NCBI RefSeq assembly: GCF_001194135.2
Contig: NC_068985.1
Coordinates: 91,114,958-91,178,957, forward strand
Origin: Octopus bimaculoides
Taxonomy: Eukaryota
Length of the DNA stretch: 64,000 nucleotides
Reading direction: 5' to 3'
The position numbers and the translations under genes were made by a program. Shown here one piece after another: positions 29,102-40,651 of this stretch (position 1 is its first letter; each line of letters begins with the position of its first letter). The notes under the pieces were generated by a model, which searched no databases, had not been told where the DNA came from, and saw only the letters and a program-made list of their open reading frames with translations.

Positions 29102-29250
29102 GATAACATCGAAAAATACATTAGGAATGAGAACCTAGGTTCGAACTTTCCCCAACACACCTGATGAAGGCTGAAGGGTATATCAACTGAAACGTTGTGT
29201 TAACAACAAAAAAGGTGAGGAGAAATATCCGTCAAATATAAATAATGTAA
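28805..29250 (+). mobile_element. Family A element, full arm: tRNA-like head + (AAT)n/(GAT)n tract + hammerhead-bearing body
   Basis: Head GGCGTAGTGGTTAAGAGC...GAGTACGATTGC (A box, degenerate B box) at 28805-28872; trinucleotide tract ~28873-29105; body CATCGAAAAATAC...AGGTTCGAA...CTGATGA...GAAACGTT...CCGTCAAAT, shared with copies at 25.2, 40.1, 40.5, 61.5 and 63.3 kb. Confidence 0.85.
29154..29201 (+). ncRNA. Minimal type I hammerhead ribozyme motif (family A, best-preserved copy)
   Basis: AACACAC-CTGATGA(29161-67)-A-GGCTG-10 nt loop-CAACT-GAAA(29189-92)-CGTT-GTGTT; stem I ACAC/GTGT; palindromic ACGT in place of stem III; one mismatch and one wobble in stem II. Confidence 0.7.
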
Positions 29251-29390
29251 CTGATGTTATAAAATTGCTCTTTCCGCTGTTTAATCTAGCCCAGAATCAA
29301 TATATTCCTGCATAGATGGAAATAACCATGCATAAATATACATACGTACAATTATGCAAAAAAATACATACGTATATATACATACGTACT

Positions 29391-29446
<56 letters not shown>

Positions 29447-30523
29447 CATATATATACATATAAACACATACACATATTTATACTTTGATACATACATACG
29501 TATATACATGTATGTATACATGTATATGTATGTGAATATGAATGCATGCCTGCATGCGTTCATGTATGTGTGTATTGTGTCTTAGTTGATTAATGATAAT
29601 ATTCTTAGAAGCTTATATTGGTGAAAACAATACCCGGCTATATACTGAATATGGAATTAGAAGTTAATGGCGATGTATTTCGTTTTATAAATAGGCATTA
29701 CACTACCCAGTGCTATGTTGAAAAAGATAATACAATCAGACTGTACTTCTAAAATAATTATCGGTGAGAAAAGTAAGATCAAGATATAGGTTCCGTCATA
29801 ATTCATAATTCCTCATCCGCTACCATATCTTTGTTATTCACGGTATTTCGCTATTATAGAAAATCGTTGCTTGGAGCCACTTCACTTCGAATTAATGAGT
29901 AAGTCATTGACGCAAAGCAAGATAACGCATTCAGAGCTTAAATATATCGTAACATAACCTTCAATTAATAATAGAAAAATAAATGAAATGTATATGCATG
30001 ATATTATATTATCCAGTAGATTGATGAAAATAATTGTGTACATGATAAATTTGCAACAAATAGGAACAACTTCGATTCTATTGGTAATAATTGGAAACCA
30101 GAGTGGCGACTATATGGAAATGTTGTGATGAAAAATGACATTAGAAATGGATTAAGTTTTATAATGAAATAAGATATATTCGTTGTAAACATAATAAAGT
30201 GTTCCTCACATGTCGTACACAGCACAGACAAAGACTGTGCCAATAAATTGTTAATTGTGGTAAGAAACAATTGGTTTTAAAAATACGCTTTTAAGCATGG
30301 TCATATTTTAATAATCTCCATAGTTGTACGATTATTGTTACATGTCGCATCTATTATCGTAAAACATTTTGTTAGAGAATATGGTGAATAAAACTAGTCA
30401 ATAAAAAGCATTAAGCTAGCTAACTCTTTGCAGATGCTCAGAGCTTTTATTTTAATATCGGCTGTTTATTATTAATATCAATAACAGCAAGAAAGTATTA
30501 ATTTTTATATTCAACCTAAAAAT

Positions 30524-30543
30524 ATGACTAATACTACTGTATA

Positions 30544-30576
<33 letters not shown>

Positions 30577-30785
30577 TACTACTACTAATGATAATAATAA
30601 TAACAATGATCATGATAATAATAATAATGGTGATGGTGATTATAATAATAATAATACTGATGATTATGATTATGATGATGATGATGATAATGATGATGAT
30701 GGGGAGGAGGAGGATAAGGAGGAGGAGGAGGAGGAGGGGGAGGCGGAGAAGGAAGAGGAGGAGGAGGGGTATTATGATGATGATA
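30524..30785. repeat. Compound microsatellite (ACT)n(AAT)n(GAT)n(GAG)n
   Basis: Directly visible; abuts the R4-like fragment. Confidence 0.95.
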
Positions 30786-30789
30786 CAAG

Positions 30790-31590
30790 AGAAAAACCAA
30801 TATTAATGAAAGACCTGTCGAAGGGCAATGATAGTATCAATTACCGACACTGCGTTTGTCTTAAGCTCCTTTGGAAAGTATTAGCAGGACCCCCCCCCTG
30901 CAGGGAAATCATTTACGTTCCTTGCGGAAAACAATCTATTGCCAGTAAAACAGAAAGGATGCCGAAAAGGATCCAAGGGCACTAAGGACCCCTCTGTGAT
31001 AGACAAGGTTATAATGAAGAACTGTAAACGGTACGAAAAAAACTAATGCATGGCCTGGATAAACTTCAAAAAGTCTTACGAAATATGACCGCATTCAGAG
31101 ATTTAGGAAACACTAGATATGTGTAGAAGACCTGAGAAAGTGTGTGCACTGATTAAGAACTGCATGCCTAGTTAGAAAACACGTCTTTCCTGTAACAACC
31201 AGCACGTATCCGAGGTAACGATCAAAAGAAGTACCTTCCAAGCAGACTCTTGTTCATCTCTGTTATTTGTTATGGCTTTGATCCCACTTTCTCTACCCCT
31301 ACGCAAACTCGACGCGCACTATGAGCTCAGATGGAATAAGCCACGTCTCAACAATTTTCCCTTCATGTGTGATTTAAAACTTTTCGCTCAACACAGCCTG
31401 AAATGGAGAGGCTGGTTGAGACTGTGCAAATGTGCAGCAAGGATATAGGGATGGAATTCGGTATCTTGAAGGGTGCGGTGCTTACTTTGAAGCGGGGAGA
31501 AAAGAGTAAATTGCAGGGGCATAGAATTGCCAAACGGAGAAAGAATAGACCCGAATGATGATGCGTACATCTTTCTGTCAGTTTCAATTG
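30790..31590 (+). mobile_element. Decayed non-LTR retrotransposon RT fragment, R4/Dong-like
   Basis: Frameshifted motifs LMKDLSKG..INYR, KGCRKGSKGTKD, MAWINFKKSY, VTIKRSTFQADSCSSLLFVMALIPLS (31215-), FMCDLKLFA, SKDIGMEFGI; counterparts of QGDSLSPLLF and FMDDLKLF. Confidence 0.85.
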
Positions 31591-31630
31591 TCAAGTTCCA
31601 GAGGAGTGAGATGTGGCCATATGAAGCTGC

Positions 31631-31700
31631 GTGACGTAGTGGACCGAGTGTTACACTCACGAACGCAAGCTAATTGGTTCGAACCTCCGGACCGAGCTTT
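31631..31700 (+). mobile_element. Isolated tRNA-derived SINE head
   Basis: A-box-like GACGTAGTGG and B box GGTTCGAACC (31676-85) at tRNA-like spacing; no cloverleaf. Confidence 0.4.
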
Positions 31701-32364
31701 GCATAGTGTTATCGAACAAAGAATTTTATTTCACGTTGTTTTGCGATCATTTGAACAACTGACGTATGGTTTACTTTTGAACCTGTACAGTCAATGTAGA
31801 TTTGATGAAGGGACTGAGCTAATGTACAACACATACATGTGATACTATTATAAGCAAGTCCTGTTTGTGGGACCTTTAGCAATAATCTGAAAACTCATAC
31901 ATTATCTTTGACGTGAGAGGCCATCATTATATTTTTATTATTATTATCACCATTACTTTTTATTATTTCTTTTATTTTTCTCTATAGAGCCAAGGTCTCT
32001 ATTCGAGAGAAGATTATATTGACCCAGTATATGCCTGATACAGTTTTACTTTCATTTCCTAGCACCCAGTGAGATGATAGAAACATTTTGAGTTTAGCGT
32101 ATTTCGGACTCATCAAGTAATGAATCGTAAGGATTACTGCGCCGGAATTTCTGTACCGTACCAATGCTATAAGTTAACATGAAAAGCGAAAATAAAACTA
32201 TAATATAGCTGTATTTAGGGTGATACTCTCGCCATGAGTTGAAAGAATAACTATATTCACATGACATTTGGAGAGAATATAATCCAGATTTTGATTTATT
32301 GTTGACACCCAAAAACTGAGATGAATTATGAAAATATTGATGCGACCACCTAAAATACAATTAG

Positions 32365-33198
32365 CGTTATATCCTTATCTCCCGGGCTGGGTTTTGAACC
32401 CGTACTCTGGTCAGTTGGGGACAATGGTATTTCCTTTGTCTTGTCGGCAACCACAGCTATTTTTAGCGCAGCTGCCCCCTTTCTGGTCACCGAAAGTTCA
32501 GCAGCCAGGACAGGAATTGGCGGGAAGCAGTCGGCCGAAGCAGTTGGCCAGGAGGATTTGGCGCAGTCGAGTGGTAGCGGTCGGCCGAAGCAGTTGTACG
32601 GAGATAAAGTAAAGATGAGAATGATAAGTCTGACAGAGAGAAAGCTATAGTCAGAAGAAATGCATAGAGTCCCAGAGAGAGAGAGGGACAGAGAGATGGG
32701 ATACTGGCAGCCAAAAGAGATAGCAGTAGTCAGTTGTTTACCTCTTGGATTATAGTGTTTGTGAAAGAAAGGAATTGAGTACAGCAAAGGTCTGTGATGT
32801 GTAACTGAAAAGAGAAAACGAAGAAAAGAAAGAACAGAAATAACGTTTGATGGACTTAATGATTGCAAACCCTTGATTATGTTCACGCAATGTCACACCA
32901 TTATATGCTATTGAACTGTTATGTAATGTTTTCAAATGTATTCTCATGTTTATGTAATGCTTTATTCTCATGTTTTTGATGTTATGTAAAAAGAAAAGGT
33001 TACCCAACGCATGGTCTTCGCGTTGTTTCTTCCACCCCTCATTTTGCCTGTGTTGTTCGTCGTTTCGTGCTCGAGCCGGGGCTTATTATTGGTCAGGTGA
33101 CCGAGGCGATCTGCTAGCTCACTGAGCGTTCGACGTTCGCGCGCGCGTGAGTTCTCTCTTCGGTTAAGGAGGTGCTTCGCGTGCGGGCGTTCGTAACA
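32365..33198 (-). mobile_element. Probable solo LTR
   Basis: GC-rich 834-bp block; minus strand starts TGTTACG and ends TATAACG (degenerate TG...CA); CpG-rich U3-like start, AATAAA at 32961-66, 17-bp direct repeat at 32530 and 32580; no clear TSD. Confidence 0.45.
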
Positions 33199-33379
33199 AT
33201 ATGTTCTCTAAGTGAACGAAATATCGCAAACAGAAATAGAAGATGATTGCAGGCAGACTACGTTACGAAGACACAAGTAATGTTCTCAAAACGTCTAACG
33301 ACTATAAAACAGTAAAATACTACGGGAACAAACAAAGAAGATAAAGCTATTGTGTGCTACAGAAGATAGTGTCATCGTA

Positions 33380-33745
33380 GTAGAGAAAGGAAAAAAAGCT
33401 ATAAAACGCAACAAAGCTAATTGAGATAATAACACAATAATGCAAAACCAAAGTAAATGAAACATTACAATAACAAATTTAAATGGAAGTGTTGGTAGGA
33501 AAGATTCAAGTGAAAATTCTGAAGTGGGAAAGTATGACAGTGGCACTATAAGATTAAGTATAATTGAAGAATTATGCACAAGAGATCCTCATCTGAGCAG
33601 ATGTTTGCATCTGCCAACAACAAAATGCCGACGGTTATGAAAATCACAAAACTGCTAATTGCATCTAAGTTATAGATAGAGGCATCTGCAATAGAATAAT
33701 GAGATATTATAAGCAGCAGCCACATCGATTACAAAAACTAAAGTG
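33380..33745 (+). mobile_element. Decayed LINE AP-endonuclease remnant (RTE-like)
   Basis: LNGSVGRKDSSENSEVGKYDSGT at 33479-33547 resembles GDFNAKVG...VGKYG.G; HIDY near 33721. Confidence 0.35.
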
Positions 33746-34149
33746 ATATACATTTACGTCCATTTATGCTGAAGTATGAAAACTCAAGCAAGAAACATGG
33801 AAATTGAATACTCACGAATGTATAAGAAATAAGGGAAAGGAACTCTCAAACTTTAATCAAATCAATAAAGAAGCAAAACAAAACGACGGAAAAAGGGAGA
33901 GAGTAAAGAGGCTGAAATGAAGCAGGATGTAGCTAAATCTTTTGGACAACGGAAACGTTATTACTGTCGGTTGTCCTACAAACAATTTATTTCGATCCTA
34001 ATTCAGTGACTGACAGTCGCTTCAACATACATAGGTATTTGTGAGTAGATCCGTTTGAGGTCACGTACACGTTCCGCTAAAATTATCCTTGTGCATCATT
34101 TTTGCACGTAATTACTCTCCAGCCAATACTGCCAAAATTAAATTGCTCA

Positions 34150-34430
34150 CAAGCTTCTATTTTATTATTAGACGCAGAAATAACGTATGGGCGTATGCAG
34201 ATGATATAATCATAACCGTGAGGGGACCCGGGGGAATGGTAGGGAAGAGTACCTTACATTTAAAAATGTAAGATATATCACAGCAAAGATTAAATTAGAT
34301 AAGTTAGTATAGAGGCAAATCGAGAAAAAAAGAATCGAAGGGCAGTGGAGAGCAACTAGAATAATCTAACGTGTTGCATACCCTGTGTGAGGAGAAATAG
34401 GCTGAGAGGAAGTTAATTTGATATTTACGT
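34150..34430 (+). mobile_element. Highly decayed CR1-like RT remnants
   Basis: AYADDIII at 34191-34214; downstream QWRATRII and RRNRLRG resemble CR1 QRRATK...RRRLRGD. Confidence 0.5.
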
Positions 34431-35975
34431 ACTGAGGTCGATTTAATCGTCTGGCCCCCTTCTTCCAAATTTCGGGATTTGTGACTAGAGTAGAAAGGAA
34501 TATCATGTTCCGTAGATACCATTCATACTTCTCGAAATATGTTGTATTGCACTGCGGTTAAAGAATTACGCTTTCTAATATGATTAGGGGGAAAAAAACT
34601 TTGGATAAATTTGGCAAAGATTTTATAGGTGTACGCAATGTGTTGGAGCTATTATGTTTTCTCAATTACTAACATTTTTTCCTACTTGTTGAACGGTCAA
34701 ACTGCTGTTTTTGGCTCATTCAGCAACTGTTTTGATATCTCTGCAACAAGGTGTAAGATATTAAAGGAAATAATTTGGCACTTCACCATATCTAAGTATT
34801 TTCATTTGTTTCTGTTTTGTAACAATAAACTATCGCTTGGATGCTTGATATCGTGAGGTGTTAGTTTTATTTTTCACATTTCCTAATGAATTCTCGTAGT
34901 TGGCAGCAAGTATTTTCCTCTGTATATGCCACCAACACGTCTTCTACTTTTATTCTTCTTTAGTTGTATTAGAATCTCATTTTCCTATACAAAGTTATCT
35001 GTAGATTCATATCCGGTTGGAGCCAAGATGTTTGTTTCTTTCAAAACAGTTAGCTGCTTGTCCTAATAATGGATTCTTTTTGATTTAGCAAGGATCACTT
35101 GGTCAATTGCCGTTGGGATTCTTTGATTTCGGGTGCAATTAATTGGATATATGTATCTAAGATTATTTTCATTTTCTATTTACTTGTGCGTTCATGTTAT
35201 CCATTCTATTAATATTTGTAGTGTATTTAAATATGTGTGCATATATGTATGTATGTATGCCTGTATCTCTCTATCTCTCTCTCTATCTATTTATACTCAC
35301 ACACACATATACAGACACATACTTCCACGCAGTTTGCTAATATCCAAATGTTCTATGCAAAGATGTTTGAGAAAATACAAGGATTCCTTGTGGATAATGT
35401 GGAGACTGCAAAGTTCACTTGATTAATTCCAGTCATATTGTTCTTCACATCCGCATCCAGGAAGTCCATTGAGCTTGAATGTACCTTTATTTTGTTTTAC
35501 GATTCCGTATCTAACTGTTCTTTTTCCGTTCTTTCTTCTTTTTTTTTCTCTTTTTTAGCTTATATCTCTCTTATTTAGTGGTTATATTTGAAGGCCACAT
35601 ACCGATTTTAATTACTTAACCCTCTGCAGAAGATTGTTATCATTTTCAAAAAGGAAATCATAACGGTTTTCTAACTTCAGCTGTTAGGAATATTATCTAG
35701 AACTCATAATTTCATAGGATATGTTGTCCCCTCACATCCATCCTCTTCTTTTTCGATATTCTGTAAGCATGACGGTATTATTGCATTGGATGACTTTTAT
35801 GTTTGTGTACTATTTCTTTCTATTTCATGATATTAATAGATTCAGTTATCATACTTACTAACATTTAATCACATGTATATATGTACACACACACACACAT
35901 GCACACACACATGCACATATTGATACGTATCAACTCTTACTAGGGGACGATTGATTCTGATTCTATCGCTGAAGC

Positions 35976-36030
35976 ACATCCCAAGATTATTTCAGCAAAG
36001 ATTGTCTCTGCTGAAATAACCTTGGGATGT
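35976..36030. repeat. 55-nt hairpin
   Basis: ACATCCCAAG-A-TTATTTCAGCA pairs with TGCTGAAATAA-C-CTTGGGATGT; the last 10 nt are tandemly duplicated at 36031-40. Confidence 0.85.
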
Positions 36031-37755
36031 CTTGGGATGTCACTTTCTCTCTACCTCGTTGGTTTCTCTCTTCGTATAAAGGCAATCTGGGAAGTACAGT
36101 AATAGTTTCACTTACTGTGAAAGCTTTCAGCGAAACGATACTTCTTTAAGCCTTGTTCAATCTATGCTCTCTTTTCGTTGCTTATGACATTTCAAATATA
36201 TGCATATGATAAACAATGTGTAATTTAATGTAGCCATCATGCTTCGATACATTTCTAAGTATAAAATAGTTTAAACTATAAATGCCGTTCAATGTACAAT
36301 TTAAAAGGTAACATATATATAAGTAATTTGGAACAAAGAACTATATATGTTTGTAATATTTACTATTTAGTTTAGGTGTTTCGAAATATCTGTATATAAA
36401 ACATTGAAAATTTACTATAAAATATGTAAGCATTATATACACCGACTTTCAATTCAATTGTCTGTATTAGTCTAACATCGTCGCATATTTCGTTCTAAAA
36501 GTGGAAATATACAATCTCGTTTTATGTGAATTTGTATAAGTTTAGATTGAAAAGAAAGAAGACACCATCAAAATAAACTTCATCGGCCAATGACACACGG
36601 GGTCCTTTATAGATCAAATGATGTGTTCTGACAGGAACATTTACGGCAATATTAATGTAATAAAAATGCCTATACTTAAAATGCATTATATGGAAGGAAT
36701 AACAAAAAATATCCGTACTTGATGAAATTATGCTGCAGCGCCTGTCCACATAACAACTGGCATTAGTCAATCAAAACTGACATCCTGTTCTCCTTAATAG
36801 CAACCATTTAAATGTCATATACAAGATTTATAAGACAAGTGAAACCCTGGGAATACTTTATCAGAAAGGGAATATTTCGACATCTCAGCACTTTTTTGTA
36901 AGTATGAGATGATAATTATCTGTATAGTTTTTGTTATTATTGCTAAAGATTTATCGCAAAGAAGATATTGAGATGTATGTGCCGAACACACAAAATGGAA
37001 TCTATATAATATGCAGAATATTGACTGTCATATGTCACTTAATTTAAGTATTCGCCATCACCAGTTACACTACGTCAAAATGTTAACGGATACATGCAAC
37101 TTTTATGTAGGTTACGCATTAAAGAGATATCCTTTACGCTAGTTCAATCACACCTATGGGGTTAATGATGAAGTTCTCGAGCAAATTTTGGTTATAGATA
37201 TTTTTGAAGACATGGTTTTATACATGATTTCTACCGGCTTTTCTTAAGTTTCTGTGGACACAGTCTTTCTACTTGTGTAAATCCTATCACAGACTCTGTA
37301 GAAAAATAATATTCTGCACCGAAGCTTGCAGATTAGAGAACATGGTTATTTAAATTTTAAATAATATTAAATTTATATATATATATGTATTCCGAGAATT
37401 TTTCTATTTCAGAACTTTCAAGTATATTTCTTGTGCTGGATGAGGTGCAGATGTAAGACAAATAACTCTTGAAATATGCATCTATTTCATAACCTAATTC
37501 TCTGTCTTTCATCGAATTGTTTACATAGACGTATTAGTATACGAAGCGTACTGGCTCTGAACACTGCAGACAATCTGCGGAAAGTAATTTGAAACGAGAA
37601 TATCGCAGTGCGAACACAAATGTAAGGCACAATAAGTATGCAGACTGTCGCAATACTAACGAAAATAAAATAATAGTCGAAAACAATACATCCGTACTGG
37701 TTTCAAATTTTGGTAGCAGGGTCAACAATTTTCGAGAATTGGATCAGTTGATTGC

Positions 37756-37915
37756 ACAGTCTCCAGTACTCAGTTAGTATTTACGTTATCGACCCCAAAA
37801 GAAAGAATGACAAATTCGACCCACGAGGAATTTGAACTAGAAATGTATAGACGGACGAAATGGTGCTCAATATTTTCACCCGGTATTCTAGCGGTTTAGC
37901 CAGCTCGCTGCCTTA
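37756..37915 (-). mobile_element. SINE family 2, degraded
   Basis: Minus begins AAGGCAGCGAGCTGGC; contains TTTCGTCCGTC and TTCAAATTCC. Confidence 0.7.
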
Positions 37916-38093
37916 GTAAGAGATTGAGATTCAGGAATTGTATGAACCAAGTGACTATGAAAAACCCATTTTTTTATACGTTTCACTCATCAGTATATAT
38001 ATATGTGTGTTTGTGATTTGGGATTTATAAATGTATGTTTCTGTGTGTATGTATATATGTATGTATGTATATATATGTATATAATCGTGTGTG

Positions 38094-38145
<52 letters not shown>

Positions 38146-38891
38146 TTTGTATGTGGGCTTGAGTTTGTATTCGTATGCTTTAATTAGGATTGTAACGAAC
38201 ACATTTATATTTGGGTACATGCTTCTTAATTTGCACATATTTGCATATATTAATATTGTGTAATATACTTCATGTACTTGATAAATAGGAAATGTAGTGT
38301 TTGTTCCATTATGCTATTCGTTAAACATTATATCGAAACGTGCATGCATATATTTTTCTCTATATCGTTTAATTTCCTTTCATAATTAAATATGATTAAT
38401 TTTATGGATTGATACGAAATTAAAGATTTTACTTAGATTATTGTGTTTTACATCTTGAATTGAAGACTAATTTCATAATCAGAGATTTATGTCTGTCAGT
38501 ACGTTATACCCCAGCGGATATGTATTGAAATTATCTAGCATGTATTATAAATTTAATGTCAAGAAGCTTTAAAATTGTGTCTTCAATTTCGCTTACTTAA
38601 ACACAATACAAATAAATAAAGTAAAGTACTAATTCCTTAAAATGCAAACAATTTACAGTCACTACACTCATGCGCATGAATATTTAAATTTCATTAAACA
38701 AACTATTACAAATCGATCGCGGCATAAATAATAGAATTATAGAGAACCTAAATTTAAAAGTGCAGCCTTTTATATCGAGAGGTTTTCAATTTACCATACA
38801 AATATCATGACATATTACTAAACTGTGTGTATGCATTTTACCATCTCTAAAACAATGACATTAATGCATACGATTACGCAATTTACTGCAG

Positions 38892-38972
38892 GTTTTCAAG
38901 TACACACGTTTCAAGTACACACGTTTCAAGTACACACGTTTTCAAGTAGACGCGTTTTCAAGTACGCACGTT
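38892..38972. repeat. Minisatellite, five 15-16 bp units GTTT(T)CAAGTACACAC
   Basis: Units start at 38892, 38908, 38923, 38938, 38954; the last two have diverged. Confidence 0.9.
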
Positions 38973-39732
38973 ATGTGAAGTACTTTTAAGCACCAATATT
39001 CAGCTCAATAGTTTACATCCATTACGTAATTAAGCGGGAATATGCAATTACTCAACTATGAAATCGTTTTGCAAACGGGCAAGATTTCACATTCCTCTTC
39101 CTCCATTTATATCATATATGCTTCTTTTCTTTTACACCAAAATCTCCGAGAGGTTTATAATAATTACTAAATCTTCAAAATAATTGGAAAACCGTTCTAC
39201 ATCAATTTATACTTAATTTAATATGTTTACAATTGCAGTACGGTAGCTTATTATTAATCATCTCTCTCTGTTTATAAAACAGCCTTGAATTCACAATCTG
39301 GTAACTACATGTAGTGTTGTCGCATCTGTGCAGGATATTCCTATCATCTGAAGATGGAATTAAAATTAACATTTTCATGATTATATAATGTAACTTTATT
39401 GTCTGCTTGTGAGAATCTTATAGGTGTCTTTATAAGAAACAACATATTACCTGATATCGTTTTGTCGTATATTTTTATGCTTTCGCTCTGAGAGAAGAGC
39501 ATGTCCATGATCCATTGCAGAACCTCCAAGCAATAAAACTTGCTAAGCATATATAATAAATTGGTAAATGCTTGTAACAATTTGGAATTCACTATGTACA
39601 TATTGAGATTTCCCAAAAAATGATATGTGTTAAAGCAGGCGAATCGTTGAGTTGTTGAAAAAAAAGTGAGTTTGATGTAGTTCTTATGATTGATGTGTAA
39701 AAATGGAAAAAGTACTACTGATATAATTAAAA

Positions 39733-39775
<43 letters not shown>

Positions 39776-40103
39776 TAATACATTATTGGCACAACAAGGC
39801 ACCAATATTTACTGGAAATAGCTGTCGATACATTTACGACACTAGAAGTAAAGCTTCACTGGCAAAGACGTGTGAGTGCAGCAAACATGAAAAATTTGTC
39901 TTACCTCTAGGAAGAACATTAGATAAATGAAGAACCCAGAATCGAATATTGCAGAACCTACGTTTCGGACTCTTCAAATATGTTTGTCAACGTACATTTG
40001 ATTAGTCCTCATCTGATGCATTTACCAAGACAGAATTTCAAATGTTGCTACATCAATGCCAGTATACTAGCCTGAAAACTTAGCCGTCAATAGAACGAGA
40101 ACA

Positions 40104-40272
40104 CATTATTTACATTATTTACAATTGACGGATATTTATCTTCATGTTGTTTGTTGTTAACCTAACATTTCGGCTGATATACCTTTCAGCTTTCATCAGG
40201 TGTCTTGGAGAATTTTTGAACCTGGATTCTCATTACTAAGGTATTTTTCGATGCTATTATTATTATTATTAC

Positions 40273-40307
<35 letters not shown>

Positions 40308-40378
40308 GTATTCAGTTCACTGCCTGGAATCGAACTCGGAATCTTCGGGTTAGTAGCCCGCGCTCTTAACAACTACGG
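40104..40378 (-). mobile_element. Family A element, full arm on minus strand (left arm of fold-back)
   Basis: Minus strand reads CGTAGTTGTTAAGAGCGCGGGCTACTAACCCGAAGATTCCGAGTTCGATTCCAGG (intact B box), (AAT)n, then the body with CTGATGA (40193-99) and GAAA (40168-71). Confidence 0.85.
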
Positions 40379-40393
40379 GCAAATGGCGTAATG

Positions 40394-40457
<64 letters not shown>

Positions 40458-40651
40458 GGATAATAATAATATCGAAAAAACCTTAGGAATGAGAACCCAG
40501 GTTCGAAATTTCCTCAATACACCTGAGGAAGCCTGAAGGTTGTATCAGCTGAAACCTTAGGTTAACAACAAAGAGGATGAGGACAAATATCCGTCAAATG
40601 TAAATAATGTAAATAACGTACATATTTTCTCATCTCTTATATATAGAACTG
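40379..40651 (+). mobile_element. Family A element, right arm of fold-back with most of the head deleted
   Basis: Residual head start GCAAATGGCGTA, (AAT)n, body ATCGAAAAAACCTTAGGAATGAGAACCCAGGTTCG...CTGAGGA(40523-29)...GAAA(40551-54)...CATCTCTTATATATAGAACTG. Confidence 0.85.

Noticed and set aside
30524-30985. 153-aa ORF with poly-T/N/D/E tracts
   Set aside because: Compound microsatellite fused by chance to the decayed R4-like RT fragment
37977-37996. Minus CTGATGA-GT-GAAA-CGTA; similar TTGA(A/T)GA-GTCC-GAAA at 39959-39977 and 32102-32116
   Set aside because: No stem II hairpin and no usable stem I; chance matches or dead relics
38892-38972. CRISPR-like array
   Set aside because: Contiguous tandem units with no spacers, in eukaryotic DNA
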